Assembly: GCA_977017575.1 (NCBI GenBank)
Contig: CDRNVI010000140.1
Coordinates: 248,001 to 312,000 of the forward strand
Direction of reading: 5' to 3'
DNA length: 64,000 nucleotides
Source of the DNA: Paramoeba atlantica
Lineage: Eukaryota; Protista; Discosea
Shown: one piece after another, positions 36,344 to 50,838 of the stretch
Layout: each line of letters begins with the position of its first letter
How positions within the stretch are numbered: position 1 is the first letter of the stretch
Translations under genes and position numbers: made by a program
Notes under the pieces: generated by a model
Told to the model about the DNA's origin: nothing
Seen by the model: only the letters and a program-made list of their open reading frames with translations
Databases searched by the model: none

Positions 36344-38232
36344 ATGTACCTGTTGTGTCTCCTTCTGATGTATTCCTTCGACTGGACTTCTATTGGGGGC
36401 TTGGCTTTTTGTTCGGATTTCCCAACTCGTCCTCATTATCGTACTTCTCCTCCCACAAACGAAACATGTTTTGAATACGAACTCGAAAATGAATGTTCTT
36501 CTCTTTTGAACGATGTCAATGTAAACTCAACAATCCAACACATTTTGTTTGATTCAATCAGTTTGAATGTTTCTGATGTTCGATTGGTTCCATCGGGTTG
36601 TCGAAGACCATTTTTGTGGTTTGTTTGTGGATTGGTGTTTCCTCGTTGTCCTTCTGAAACAATAGAAGAACAACTTTGTCGACAAGTTGAAGGATGTCAT
36701 CAAGTCAACGAAATATGTGAACCATTTGGTCTTTCTTTTGATTGTTCTTTTCCTGCCTTTTTGGATGGGGATGAAGAAGATGAAGAATGTTCAACAAGAA
36801 TTTCAAAAGAAATTGAAGAAGCAACAGAAAATGGAATCAAAGTGGAAACATGTTTGGGAGAACAAAAAGAAACAATTGAATGTTGTCCAGATCCATTTAT
36901 TGTTGATTTTGAAGGAGAATGTGTTGTTGAATGCCCACAATATGCGTATGGGAAACGATATGAAACAAACGCTCAGATTGCTCTGTTTGTGTTGTTATGG
37001 GTTGGAGTTGTGAGTGTATTTATTGGACAGTTTCCTCTTTTTATGATGTCTTTGAATACAAGGTGAGTGTTTTTTATGTTTTTTAAATCTCAATTTTAGT
37101 GAAATCAACTGAAGACAATCAGAAAACTATTCTTTCCATCATTAACAATTGAAAATTAACTTGGTTTCTCTTTGAAAGGTATCCAGCTTATGTTTTGCTG
37201 TTTGCGATCATTGGAAGCCTTGTCTTTGAATTATTTTTTTCATTTGCAATGTTTGCTGGTTTGAATTTTTCTTTCCAACAATCTCATTTTTACAAATTTT
37301 AAATAAAATCCAAATTTTCAGGTGGATTTGAAGAATATTTATGTGGAAATGAAGAAAGTTATCTTGCTGCATTAAATCATTTTGGAAGATCTCGAGTTGC
37401 AGGAGTTCAAATGAGTTTTTGGATGTTGTTTACAAACATAACATTATCATTGTGGGCAGTCCAATCTTTTAATACCTTTTGTTTTATTGCAAGGTACTTT
37501 TTCTTTTCTTTTTTTATCTTTATTTTGAGATTTCTATTGATTTCTTTATTCAGGGTTAAGTGGAAGTTTTTTGAACGATTTGTTGATGGTTCAATTTCCA
37601 AATGGATTCAAATTTGTTTTGTTGTGCCATGTTTTTTCATCCCTTTTGCTCTCTTTCTCTTTTGTGTGATTTACTTTTTCACACACAACTCTTCTTCTGA
37701 CAAACTTATTCTTACTGTCGCATCATTTACTTTTGCTGCATTTCCCTTCAGAAATTCTCCTCTTAATAGTGTATTTCGAGTTTATGGTGCGATTTGCACA
37801 TGTATAGTCGCTCTGTTCGTTGTTTTATCAATCATATTAGTTTTGGGGATTAATTATCGAATTGCTTTCCTTCAATGGAGAGCAATGTTTATCCAATTTT
37901 ACTTCTTAATCGGTTGTGGGATTTATATTTGGTACTATCTGGGGAGTGATCCTGATAGAGTGATACAAAATTATATTAAGTGTGTTGGGTCTCATCCACG
38001 AATTGATCCACCTCCTTGTCAACGAAATCCAAGTGAAGGACGAATTTTGATTTTTTTTACCTATTTGGTAACCTTTTTGTTTCCAGTTCTAGTCAGCTTT
38101 GTTGTTACTTTTACGAATCCTCTTGTGTCTGATTGGTGGAAGGAACTCATTTTCAAACGTAAAATTGTTCGAAGTATGTCTTCCTTGGATACTTTAATGT
38201 CGGACCGATCACCTCGCTCACTTCGTGAATAA
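36344..38232 (+). CDS. Smoothened/Frizzled-like class F receptor, copy 1
   Basis: Signal peptide, 10-Cys CRD, CCPDPF..CVVECP linker, NTR/YPA after TM1, 7 hydrophobic segments, ECL3 YIKC..PPCQ; 4 exons in phase. Confidence 0.85.
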
Positions 38233-38405
38233 AAAAGGTGGGGGGGGGTGAGTGAACATAACTTATTCACACAAACTTGGGAGAATAATTATTTTATTCA
38301 AACAATCTTTCAAAAAGATGTTCTCAAACCCAACAGAGAGAATCAAAGAGGTATTGAATGCCTCACGATTTCCTCCATTACATCAATTATTTTAAATAAA
38401 CAAGC

Positions 38406-40303
38406 TCAACTCTCTATTTTCGCAGAGGATTGCTTCTGTGAATGAACAGAATCTAATTCTGCTGCACTTCGGATTGCCTTGTGCCGAAAAATCAACTCTT
38501 TCCACCACTCAAATACAAGTGGATTCGTCCAAAAAACAACAAAGCTGACTACAACTGGAAACAAAAATATTACCAAAAAGGATAAAAAAAGCAGAATTCG
38601 TCCTTCACTTAGATTTCGGTGGCAAGGAGGTGGATCAATTCGTGGATGAGACCCAACACACTCAATGTAATTGAACAAAGAATCATCGCCATGATCACCG
38701 ATTAGAAGGAACCAGATAAAAAACCCATAAACAATTAAGAAGTAAACTTGGATAAAAAGACCTCTCCATTGAAAGAGAGCGATTCGATAATTGATCTTCA
38801 AGAGGGTTACAATGGAGAGAAGAAAGAAAAGAACGACAACACTAACGCAAATGAAGCTGTAAATTCGAAACACATCACGGAAAGGATTCACCCCAAATGC
38901 TGCAAAAGTAAATGGTGCTGGTGCAAGATAAAGTTTGTCAGAAGAAGAGTTGTGTGTGAAAAAGAATATCACATTAAAGAGGAAAAACGCAAAAGGAATA
39001 AAAAAGCATGGCACAATAAAACAAATTTGAATCCAGGTAGAAACTGGCTCCTCCACAAATTGCCCAAAAAATTTCCACTTTGTTCTGATCACAATTTCGA
39101 AAATAAGAAAGAAGTCAATTCAAAAAAATTAATTATGAGTGAAATGAAAGAAAGTACCTTGCCAACACACAAAATGTATTGAAGGATTGAACAATCCAGA
39201 GTGACACTACAATTTGTATGAATAATGTATAAAAGCTTATTTGAACTCCTGCAACTCGAGATCTTCCAAAACGGGCAAGGGCAGTGAAATAATTTTCTTC
39301 ATTCCCACAGAAATATTCTTCAAATCCACCTGAAAAATGGAAAGGAATTATTCTCAAACTTTTAATTTCACAAAGAGATTGTAAAAATGGGATTGTTGGA
39401 AAGAAAAATACAAACCAGCAAATGTTGCAAAAGAGAGAAATAATTCGCCCATTAGGTTTGTGATGAGAGCAAGCAACAAAACATAAGCTGGATATCTTTC
39501 AAAGAAAATAAAAAAATAAACCAAGGTGATTTCATTAAAATTGATATTATTTAAAAACATAAAAAAAACACTCACCTTGTATTCAAAGACATCATAAAAA
39601 GAGGAAACTGTCCAATAAATACACTCACAACTCCAACCCATAACGATACAAACAAAGTAATCTGAACACTTGTTTCATATCGTTTCCCATACCAATATTG
39701 TGGACATTCAACAACACACTCTCCTTCAAAATCAACAATAAATGGATCTGGACAACATTCAATCGTTTCTTTTTGTTCTCCCAAACATGTTTCCACTTTG
39801 ATTCCATTTTCTGTTGCTTCTTCAATTTCTTTTGAAATTCTTGTTGAACATTCCTCATCTTCTTCTTCCTCAAAAGGTGGAAAAAGACAATCAATTGAAA
39901 GACCAAATGGTTCACATCTTTCATTGACTTGATGACATCCTTCAACTTGTCGACAAAATTGTTCTTCGATTGTTTCAGAAGGACAACGAGGAAATATCAA
40001 TCCACAAACAAACCACAACAATGGTCTTCGACAATCTGATGGAAACATTCGAATATCAGAAACATTCAAACTAATTACATCAAACAAAATATGTTGAATT
40101 GTTGAGTTGACATTGACATCGTTCAAAAGAGAAGAACATTCGTTTTCGAGTTTGTATTCAAAACATGTTTCGTTTGCGTTTGTGGGAGGAGAAGGGGATG
40201 GTGGTGATGGGATTGGAAGGTTTGGTTGTGGTTGTTTCAAAATTGAACAAAAACAAAAGGTTCCAAAGTTGAAAGAACACAACACAATAAACAACAACTG
40301 CAT
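38406..40303 (-). CDS. Smoothened/Frizzled-like receptor, copy 2
   Basis: Same 4-exon structure; MQLLFIVLCS N-terminus; ends ..QKQSSAKIES. Confidence 0.85.
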
Positions 40304-40866
40304 CCCCTTTCTCCAATGAACGCTCGAAAGAACAAACAGCGAGAGAGAACGCCAGAAAACAGGAGAACAACGAGGAAAAGAGGGAAAGTACAACCAGACA
40401 GTCTCTTTTCGGTGTCTGTAAGGCGGACAATGATTTTTCTTTTTGAGTGAGTTGGTTTGGGAGAGAGGAATTGCAGACACTGCCAAGAAAGAGTGACGAA
40501 CAACGAGAGAGAGAGAACGCCAGAGAACGAAGAACAAAAAAGGGTGCTGACGATGAGCGAGTTATCCTTTATTAAGGAGGTTGTCCGGCGAGGAAAGATG
40601 TCCCCTCATTTTAGGGACACCATCCTTTCTTCTTTTTTTTGGGTGGATGGGTTTGGAGAGAGAGGAAAGATTCTTGTTTTGAGTGTCAATTTCAAAAGTA
40701 AAATTGTTCGAAATATGTCAGACTCTCACCTCGCTCACTTCTTGATTCAAAAAGGTGGGGTGATAATTATTTTATTCAAACAATCAACAGACAACAGAGA
40801 GAATCAAAGAGGTATTGAATGCCTCATGATTTCCTCCATTGCATTAGTTATTTTAAATAAACAAGC

Positions 40867-42830
40867 TCAACTCTCTATTTTCGCAGAGGATTGCTTCTGT
40901 GAATGAACAAAATCTAATTCTGATGCACTTCGAATTGCCTTATGTCGAAAAATCAACTCTTTCCACCACCCAAATACAAGTGGATTCGTCCAAAAAACAA
41001 CAATACTGATTACAACTGGAAACAAAAATATTACCAAAAAGGTCAAAAAATACATAATTCGTCCTTCACTTGGATTTCGTTGACAAGGAGGTGGATCAAT
41101 TCGTGGATGAGACCCAACACACTCAATATAATTTGGCAAAGAATCATCGCCTTCAGTGATTAGAAAGAACCAGATAAAAAACCCATAAACAATTAAGTAG
41201 TAAACTTGGATAAAAAGACCTCTCCATTGAAGGAAAGCAATTCGATAGTTGATCTTCAAGAGGATTCCAATGGAAAAAAGAAAGAAAAGAACAATAAGAC
41301 TAAGACAAATGAAGGTGTAAATTCGAAACACATCTTTGAAAGGATTCACCCCAAATGCTGCAAAAGCAAATGGCACTGGTCCGAGATAAAGTTTGTCAGA
41401 AGAAGAGTTGTGAGTGAAAAAGAATATCACATTAAAGAGGAAAAACGCAAAAGGAATAAAAAAGCATGGCACAACAAAACAAATTTGAGTCCAGGTAGAA
41501 ACTGAATCCCCCACAAATTGCCCAAAAAATTTCCACTTTGTTCTGATCACAATTTCAAAAATAAGAAAGAAGTCAATTAAAAAAAATTAATTATGAATAA
41601 AATGAAAGAAAAAGTACCTTGCCAACATACAAAATGTATTGAAGGATTGAACAACCCAGAGTGACACTAAAATGTGGATGAATAATATATAAAAGCTTAG
41701 TTGAATTCCTGCAACTCGAGATCTTCCAAAATGGTCAAGTGCAGTGAAATAATTTTCTTCATTCCCACAGAAATATTCTTCAAATCCACCTGAAAAATGG
41801 AAAAGGATTATTCTCAAACTTTTAATTTCACAAAGAGATTGTTGGAAAGAAAAATACAAACCAGCAAACATTGCAAAAGAGAGAAAAAATTCGGTCATTA
41901 GGTTTGTGATGAGAGCAAGCAACAAAACATAAGCTGGATATCTTTCAAAGAAAATAAAAAATAAACCAAGTTAATTTTCAATTGTTAATGATGAGTGTAG
42001 AGGAGTGTGGAGGAGTGGTGAATAGTTTTAATGGATTGTCTGATTTCAAGTTGATTTGATTTCATTAAAATTGAGATTTAAAAACATAAAAAAAACACTC
42101 ACCTTGTATTCAAAGACATCATAAAAAGAGGAAACTGTCCAATAAATACACTCACAACTCCAACCCATAACAACACAAACAGAGCAATCTGAGCACTTGT
42201 TTCATATCGTTTCCCATACCAATATTGTGGGCATTCAACAACACATTCTCCTTCAAAATCAACAATAAATGGATCTGGACAACATTCAATCGTTTCTTTT
42301 TGTTCTCCCAAACATGTTTCCACTTTGATTCCGTTTTCTGTTGCTTCTTCAATTTCTTTTGAAATTCTTGTTGAACATTCCTCATCTTCTTCTTCCTCAA
42401 AAGGTGGAAAAAGACAATCAATCGAAAGACCAAATGGTTCACATCTTTCGTTGACTTGATGACATCCTTCAACTTGTCGACAAAATTGTTCTTCAATTGT
42501 TTCAGAAGGACAACGAGGAAACATCAATCCACAAACAAACCACAATAATGGTCTTCGACAATCTGATGGAATCATTCGAATATCAGAAACATTCAAACTA
42601 ATTACATCAAACAAAATGTGTTGAATTGTTGAGTTGACATTGACATCGTTCAAAAGAGAAGAACATTCGTTTTCGAGTTCGTATTCAAAACATGTTTCGT
42701 TTGCGTTTGTTGGAGGAGAAGGGGATGGTGGTGATGGGATTGGAAGGTTTGGTTGTGGTTGTTTCAAAATTGAACAAAAACAAAAGGTTCCAAAGTTGAA
42801 AGAACACAACACAATAAACAGCAACTGCAT
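40867..42830 (-). CDS. Smoothened/Frizzled-like receptor, copy 3
   Basis: ORFs 42099..43043 (CRD exon) and 40867..41550 (TM4-7 exon); splice sites conserved. Confidence 0.85.
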
Positions 42831-43462
42831 CCCCTTTCTCCAATGAACGCTCGAAAGAACGAGCAGTGAGAGAGAACGCCAGAAAGAAAGAAAGAACGAG
42901 CAGAAAACAGGGAAGGGAAAGAGGGAAAGCACGACCAGGCGGGTCTCTTTTTGATGTTTGCTTTTCGGTGTCTGTAAGGTGGACAATGATTCTTCTTCTT
43001 TGAGTGAGTTGGTTTGGGAGAGAGGAATTGGAAACACTGCCAAGAAAGAGGGACCAAACAGCGAGAGAGAGAACGCCAGAGAACGAAGAACAAAAAAGGG
43101 TGCTGAGGAGGGGTTATCCTTTAAGGAGGTTGTCCGGCGAGGAAAGATGTCCTTTTAGGGACACCATCCTTTCTTCTTTTTTTTGGGTGGATGGGTTTGG
43201 AGAGAGAGGAAAGATTCTTGTTTTGAGTGTCATTTTCAAAAGTAAAATTGTTTGAAATATGTCAGACTCTCTATTCTGGACCAATCACTTCGCTCACTTC
43301 ATGATTCAAAAAGGTGGGGGGGTGAGTGAACATAACTTAATCACACAAACTTGGGAGAATAATTATTTTATTCAAACAATCAACAGACAACAGAGAGAAT
43401 CAAAGAGGTATTGAATGCCTCATGATTTCCTCCATTGCATTAGTTATTTTAAATAAACAAGC

Positions 43463-45436
43463 TCAACTCTCTATTTTCGCAGAGGATTGCTTCTGTGAAT
43501 GAACAGAATCTAATTCTGATGCACTTCGAATTGCCTTATGTCGAAAAATCAACTCTTTCCACCACCCAAATACAAGTGGATTCGTCCAAAAAACAACAAT
43601 ACTGATCACAACTGGAAACAAAAATATTACCAAAAAGGATAAAAAATACATAATTCGTCCTTCACTTGGATTTCGTTGACAAGGAGGTGGATCAATTCGT
43701 GGATGAGACCCAACACACTCAATATAATTGAGCAAAGATTGATCGCCATCAGTATTCAGAAAGAACCAGACAAAAAACCCATAAACAATTAAGAAGTAAA
43801 CTTGGATAAAAAGACCTCTCCATTGAAGGAGAGCGATTCGATAATTGATCTTCAAAAGGATTCCAACAGAGAAAAGAAAGAAAAGAACAATAAGACTAAG
43901 ACAAATGAAGCTGTAAATTCGAAACACATCTTTGAAAGGATTCACCCCAAATGCTGCAAAAGCAAATGGCACTGGGACGAGATAAAGTTTGTCAGAAGAA
44001 GAGTTGTGAGTGAAAAAGAATATCACATTAAAGAGGAAAAACGCAAAAGGAATAAAAAAGCATGGCACAACAAAACAAATTTGAATCCATTTAGAAACTG
44101 AATCCCCCACAAATTGCCCAAAAAATTTCCACTTTGTTCTGATCACAATTTCGAAAATAAGAAAGAAGTCAAGCCAAAAAAATTAATTATGAATGAAATT
44201 AAAGAAAAAGTACCTTGCCAACACACAAAATGTATTGAAGGATTGAACAATCCAGAGCGACACTACAATGTGTACGAATAATGTATAAAAACTCATTTGA
44301 ATTCCTGCAACTTGAGATCTTCCAAAATGGTCAAGTGCAGTGAAATAATTTTCTTCATTCCCACAGAAATATTCTTCAAATCCACCTGAAAAATGGAAAA
44401 GAATTATTCTCAAACTTTTAATTTCACAAAGAGATTGTAAAAATGGGATTGTTGGAAAGAAAAATACAAACCAGCAAATGTTGCAAAAGGGAGAAATAAT
44501 TCAGCCATTAGGTTTGCGATGAGAGCAAGCAACAAAACATAAGCTGGATAACTTTCAAAGAAAATAAAAAATAAACCAAGTTAATTTTCAATTGTTAATG
44601 ATGAGTGTGGAGGAGTGTGGAGAAGTGGTGAATAGTTTTAATGGATTGTCTGATTTCAAGTTGATTTCATTAAAATTGATATTATTTAAAAACATAAAAA
44701 ACACTCACCTTGTATTCAAAGACATCATAAAAAGAGGAAACTGTCCAATAAATACACTCACAACTCCAACCCATAACAACACAAACAAAGTAATCTGAGC
44801 ACTTGTTTCATATTGTTCTCCATACGCATATTGTGGACATTCAACAACACACTCTCCTTCAAAATCAACAATAAATGGATCTGGACAACATTCAATTGTT
44901 TCTTTTTGTTCTCCCAAACATGTTTCCACTTTGATTCCGTTTTCTGTTGCTTCTTCAATTTCTTTTGAAATTCTTGTTGAACATTCCTCATCTTCTTCAT
45001 CCTCAAAAGATGGAAAAAGACAACCAATTGAAAGACCAAATGGTTCACATCTTTCGTTGACTTGATGACATCCTTCAACTTGTCGACAAAATTGTTCTTC
45101 TATTGTTTCAGAAGGACAACGAGGAAACACCAATCCACAAACAAACCACAATAATGGTCTTCGACAACCCGATGGAATCATTCGAACATCAGAAACATTC
45201 AAACTGATTGAATCAAACAAAATGTGTTGGATTGTTGAGTTTACACCGACATCGTTCAAAAGAGAAGAACATTCGTTTTCGAGTTTGTATTCAAAACATG
45301 TTTCGTTTGCGTTTGTTGGAGGAGAAGGGGATGGTGGTGATGGGATTGGAAGGTTTGGTTGTGGTTGTTTCAAAATTGAACAAAAACAAAAGGTTCCAAA
45401 GTTGAAAGAACACAACACAATAAACAACAATTGCAT
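43463..45436 (-). CDS. Smoothened/Frizzled-like receptor, copy 4
   Basis: ORFs 44705..45436 and 43463..44146; splice sites conserved. Confidence 0.85.
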
Positions 45437-45495
45437 CCCCTTTCTCCAACGAATGCTTCAAGAAAGAACAAACAGCGAGAGAGAACACCAGAAAA

Positions 45496-45750
45496 TGGAA
45501 CACTACTGTATGATGATCGATTGAGAAAAGACAGAAGTGGTCAGGGAAATAATATTCGAAAGAACGTTTGCCAAACGGTCCAAAAGTGTGAGACGTAATT
45601 GATGACGTCAGGAATCATTGTCTTTATTTGTAATAAATCGAGAAGGACGACTGGATCGGCTTTTCAGACGATCCGAAGTTGAGAGATAGAATCAGATCAA
45701 GAAGAGAGCAAGCCAAAGGTCTTTCGACTAGCGCTTCTTGCTCGTGGACA
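45496..45750. mobile_element. Solo LTR (255 bp) inserted 60 bp upstream of the copy-4 start codon
   Basis: Absent from the paralogous site (ccagaaaacaggag at 40352-40365). Begins TG and ends CA, flanked by AAAA on both sides (4-bp TSD), with AATAAA at 45632. Confidence 0.75.
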
Positions 45751-46312
45751 AAAACAGGAGAACAACGAGGAAAAGAGGGAAAGTACAACCAGACAGTCTC
45801 TTTTCGGTGTCTGTAAGGCGGACAATGATTTTTCTTTTTTGAGTGAGTTGGTTTGGGAGAGAGGAATTGCAGACACTGCCAAGAAAGAGTGACGAACAAC
45901 GAGAGAGAGAGAACGCCAGAGAACGAAGAACAAAAAAGGGTGCTGACGATGAGCGAGTTATCCTTTATTAAGGAGGTTGTCCGGCGAGGAAAGATGTCCC
46001 CTCATTTTAGGGACACCATCCTTTCTTCTTTTTTTTGGGTGGATGGGTTTGGAGAGAGAGGAAAGATTCTTGTTTTGAGTGTCAATTTCAAAAGTAAAAT
46101 TGTTCGAAATATGTCAGACTCTCTATTCTGGACCAATCACTTCGCTCACTTCATGATTAAAAAAGGTGGGGGGTGAGTGAACCTAACTTATTCACACAAA
46201 CTTGGGAGAATAATTATTTTATTCAAACAATCTTTCAAAGATGTTCTCAAACCAAACAGACAACAGAGAGAATCAAAGCTTCCATTGCATCAGTTATTTT
46301 AAATAAACAAGC

Positions 46313-48285
46313 TCAACTCTCTATTTTCGCGGATTGCTTCTGTGAATGAACAGAATCTAATTCTGATGCACTTCGAATTGCCTTATGTCGAAAAATCAAC
46401 TCTTTCCACCACTCAAATACAAGTGGATTCGTCCAAAAAACAACAATACTGATCACAACTGGAAACAAAAATATGATCAAAAAGGTCAAAAAATACATAA
46501 TTCGTCCTTCACTTGGATTTTGTTGGCAAGGAGGTGGATCAATTCGTGGATGAGACCCAACACACTCAATGTAATTGAGCAAAGATGGGTCCCCTTCATC
46601 ACCAATTAAAAGGAACCAGATAAAAAACCCAAAGGTAATTAAGTAGTAAACTTGGATAAAAAGACCTCTCCATTGAAGGAAAGCGATTCGATGATCAATC
46701 TTCAAGAGGGTTACAATGGAGAAAAAAACAAAAAGAACAACAACACTAACGCAAATGAAGGTGTAAATTCGAAACACATCACTGAAAGGATTCACCCCAA
46801 ATGCTGCAAAAGTAAATGGTGTTGATGCAAGATAAAGTTTGTCAGAAGAAGAGTTGTGTGTGAAAAAGAATATCACATTAAAGAGGAAAAATGCAAAAGG
46901 AATAAAAAAGCATGGCACAACAAAACAAATTTGAGTCCAGGTAGAAACTGAATCCCCCACAAATTGCCCAAAAAATTTCCACTTTGTCCTGATCACAATT
47001 TAAGAAGTCAATTAAAAAAATATTTTCCTGATAAATGAAAGAAAAAGTACCTTGCCAACACACAAAATGTATTGAAGGAATGAACAACCCAGAGTGACAC
47101 TAAAATGTGGATGAATAATGTATAAAAGCTTAGTTGAATTCCTGCAATTCGAGATCTTCCAAAATGGTCAAGTGCAGTGAAATAATTTTCTTCATTCCCA
47201 CAGAAATATTCTTCAAATCCACCTGAAAAATGGAAAGGAATTATTCTCAAACTTTTAATTTCACAAAGAGATTGTAAAAATGGGATTGTTGGAAAGAAAA
47301 TTACAAACCAGCAAATGTTGCAAAAGAGACAAAAAATTCGGTCATTAGGTTTGTGATGAGAGCAAGCAACAAAACATAAGCTGGATAACTTTCAAAGAAA
47401 ATAAAAAATAAACCAAGTTAATTTTCAATTGTTAATGATGAGTGTAGAGGAGTGTGGAGGAGTGTGGAGGAGTGGTGAATAGTTTTAATGGATTGTCTGA
47501 TTTCAAGTTGATTTGATTTCATTAAAATTGATATTATTTAAAAACATAAAAAACACTCACCTTGTATTCAAAGACATCATAAAAAGAGGAAACTGTCCAA
47601 TAAATACACTCACAACTCCAACCCATAACAACACAAACAAAGTAATCTGAGCACTTGTTTCATATCGTTTCCCATACCAATATTGTGGGCATTCAACAAC
47701 ACACTCTCCTTCAAAATCAACAATAAATGGATCTGGACAACATTCAATTGTTTCTTTTTGTTCTCCCAAACATGTTTCCACTTTGATTCCATTTTCTGTT
47801 GCTTCTTCAATTTCTTTTGAAATTCTTGTTGAACATTCTTCATCTTCTTCTTCCTCAAAAGATGGAAAAAGACAATCAATTGAAACATCGAATGGTTCAC
47901 ATCTTTCATTGACTTGGTGACATCCTTCAACTTGTCGACAAAATTGTTCTTCGATTGTTTCAGAAGGACAACGAGGAAATATCAATCCACAAACAAACCA
48001 CAATAATGGTCTTCGACAATCTGATGGAACCAATCGAATATCAGAAACATTCAAACTGATTACATCAAACAAAATGTGTTGAATTGTTGAGTTGACATTG
48101 ACATCGTTCAAAAGAGAAGAACATTCGTTTTCGAGTTTGTATTCAAAACATGTTTCGTTTGCGTTTGTTGGAGGAGAAGGGGATGGTGGTGATGGGATTG
48201 GAAGGTTTGGTTGTGGTTGTTTCAAAATTGAACACAAACAAAAGGTTCCAAAGTTTAAAGAACACAACACAAACAACAATTGCAT
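46313..48285 (-). CDS. Smoothened/Frizzled-like receptor, copy 5
   Basis: ORFs 47557..48480 and 46313..46996. Confidence 0.85.
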
Positions 48286-48879
48286 CCCTTTCTCCAACGA
48301 ATGCTCGAAAGAACGAGCAGTGAGAGAACGCCAGAAAACAGGAGAACAACGAGGAAAAGAGGGAAAGTACAACCAGACGGTCTCTTTTCGGTGTCTGTAA
48401 GGTGGACAATGATTCTTCTTCTTTGAGTGAGTTGGTTTGGGAGAGAGGAATTGGAAACACTGCCAAGAAAGAGGGACCAAACAGCGAGAGAGAGACGAAC
48501 AGAGAGAGAACGCCAGAGAACGAAGAACAAAAAAGAGTGCTGACGAGGGACGAGTTATCCTTTATTAAGGAGGTTGTCCGGCGAGGAAAGATGTCCCCTC
48601 ATTTTAGGGACTCCACCCTTTCTTCTTTTTTTTGGGTGGATGGGTTTGGAGAGAGAGGAAAGATTCTTGTTTTGAGTGTCATTTTCAAAAGTAAAATTGT
48701 TTGAAATATGTCAGACTCTCACCTCGCTCACTTCATGATTAAAAAAGGTGGGGGGGGTTGAGTGAACCTAACTTATTCACACAAACTTGGGAGAATAATT
48801 ATTTTATTCAAACAATCTTTCAAAAAGATGTTCTGAGAGAATCAAAGCTCCATTGCATCAGTTATTTAAATAAACAAGC

Positions 48880-50838
48880 TCAACTCTCTATTTTCGCAGA
48901 GGATTGCTTCTGTGAATGAACAGAATCTAATTCTGATGCACCTTGAATTGCCTTATGTCGAAAAATCAACTCTTTCCACCACTCAAATACAAGTGGATTC
49001 GTCCAAAAAATAACAATACTGATCACAACTGGAAACAAAAATATGATCAAAAAGGATAAAAAATACATAATTCGTCCTTCACTTGGATTTTGTTGGCAAG
49101 GAGGTGGATCAATTTGTGGATGAGACCCAACACACTCAATGTAATTGAGCAAAGATGGGTCCCCTTCATCACCAATTAAAAGGAACCAGATAAAAAACCC
49201 AAAGGTAATTAAGTAGTAAACTTGGATAAAAAGACCTCTCCATTGAAGGAAAGCGATTCGATGATCAATCTTCAAGAGGGTTACAATGGAGAAAAAAACA
49301 AAAAGAACAACAACACTAACGCAAATGAAGGTGTAAATTCGAAACACGTCACTGAAAGGATTTACCCCAAATGCTGTAAAAGTAAATGGTGTTGGTGCAA
49401 GATAAAGTTTGTCAGAAGAAGAGTTGTGTGTGAAAAAGAATATCACATTAAAGAGGAAAAATGCAAAAGGAATAAAAAAGCATGGCACAACAAAACAAAT
49501 TTGAGTCCAGGTAGAAACTGAATCCCCCACAAATTGCCCAAAAAATTTCCACTTTGTTCTGATTACAATTTAAGAAGTCAATTAAAAAAATATTTTCCTG
49601 ATAAATGAAAGAAAAAGTACCTTGCCAACACACAAAATGTATTGAAGGAATGAACAACCCAGAGCGACACTACAATGTGGTTGGATAATGTATAAAAACT
49701 CATTTGAATTCCTGCAACTCGAGATCTTCCAAAATGGTCAAGTGCAGTGAAATAATTTTCTTCATTTCCACAGAAATATTCTTCAAATCCACCTGAAAAA
49801 TGGAAAGGAATTATTCTCAAACTTTTAATTTCACAAAGAGATTGCTGGAAAGAAAAATACAAACCAGCAAACATTGCAAAAGAGAGAAATAATTCAGTGA
49901 TTAGGGTTGTGATGAGAGCAAGCAACAAAACATAAGCTGGATATCTTTCAAAGAAAATAAAAAATAAACCAAGTTAATTTTCAATTGTTAATGATGAGTG
50001 TAGAGGAGTGTGGAGAAGTGGTGAATAGTTTTAATGGATTGTCTGATTTCAAGTTGATTTCATTAAAATTGATATTATTTAAAAACATAAAAAACACTCA
50101 CCTTGTATTCAAAGACATCATAAAAAGAGGAAACTGTCCAATAAATACACTCACAACTCCAACCCATAACAACACAAACAAAGTAATCTGAGCACTTGTT
50201 TCATATCGTTTCCCATACCAATATTGTGGACATTCAACAACACACTCTCCTTCAAAATCAACAATAAATGGATCTGGACAACATTCAATTGTTTCTTTTT
50301 GTTCTCCCAAACATGTTTCCACTTTGATTCCGTTTTCTGTTGCTTCTTCAATTTCTTTTGAAATTCTTGTTGAACATTCCTCATCTTCTTCTTCCTCAAA
50401 AGATGGAAAAAGACAATCAATTGAAAGACCAAATGGTTCACATCTTTCGTTGACTTGATGACATCCTTCAACTTGTCGACAAAATTGTTCTTCTATTGTT
50501 TCAGAAGGACAACGAGGAAACACCAATCCACAAACAAACCACAACAATGGTCTTCGACAATCTGATGGAATCATTCGAACATCAGAAACATTCAAACTAA
50601 TTACATCAAACAAAATGTGTTGGATTGTTGAGTTTACATGAACGCTGTTCAAAAGAGAAGAACATTCGTTTTCGAGTTTGTATTCAAAACATGTTTCGTT
50701 TGCGTTTGTGGGAGGAGAAGGGGATGGTGGTGATGGGGTTGGAAGGTTTGGGATGGGCTTTCTGAGGTTTGTTGTGGTAATAAAGTTGAGGTTGAAGAAG
50801 AGGAGGACAACCAACTCAAACAACAAACGAACAGACAT
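48880..50838 (-). CDS. Smoothened/Frizzled-like receptor, copy 6 (chimeric N-terminus)
   Basis: ORFs 50098..51021 and 48880..49530; MSVRLLFELV signal peptide on a KAI..SAKIES-type TM exon. Confidence 0.85.
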
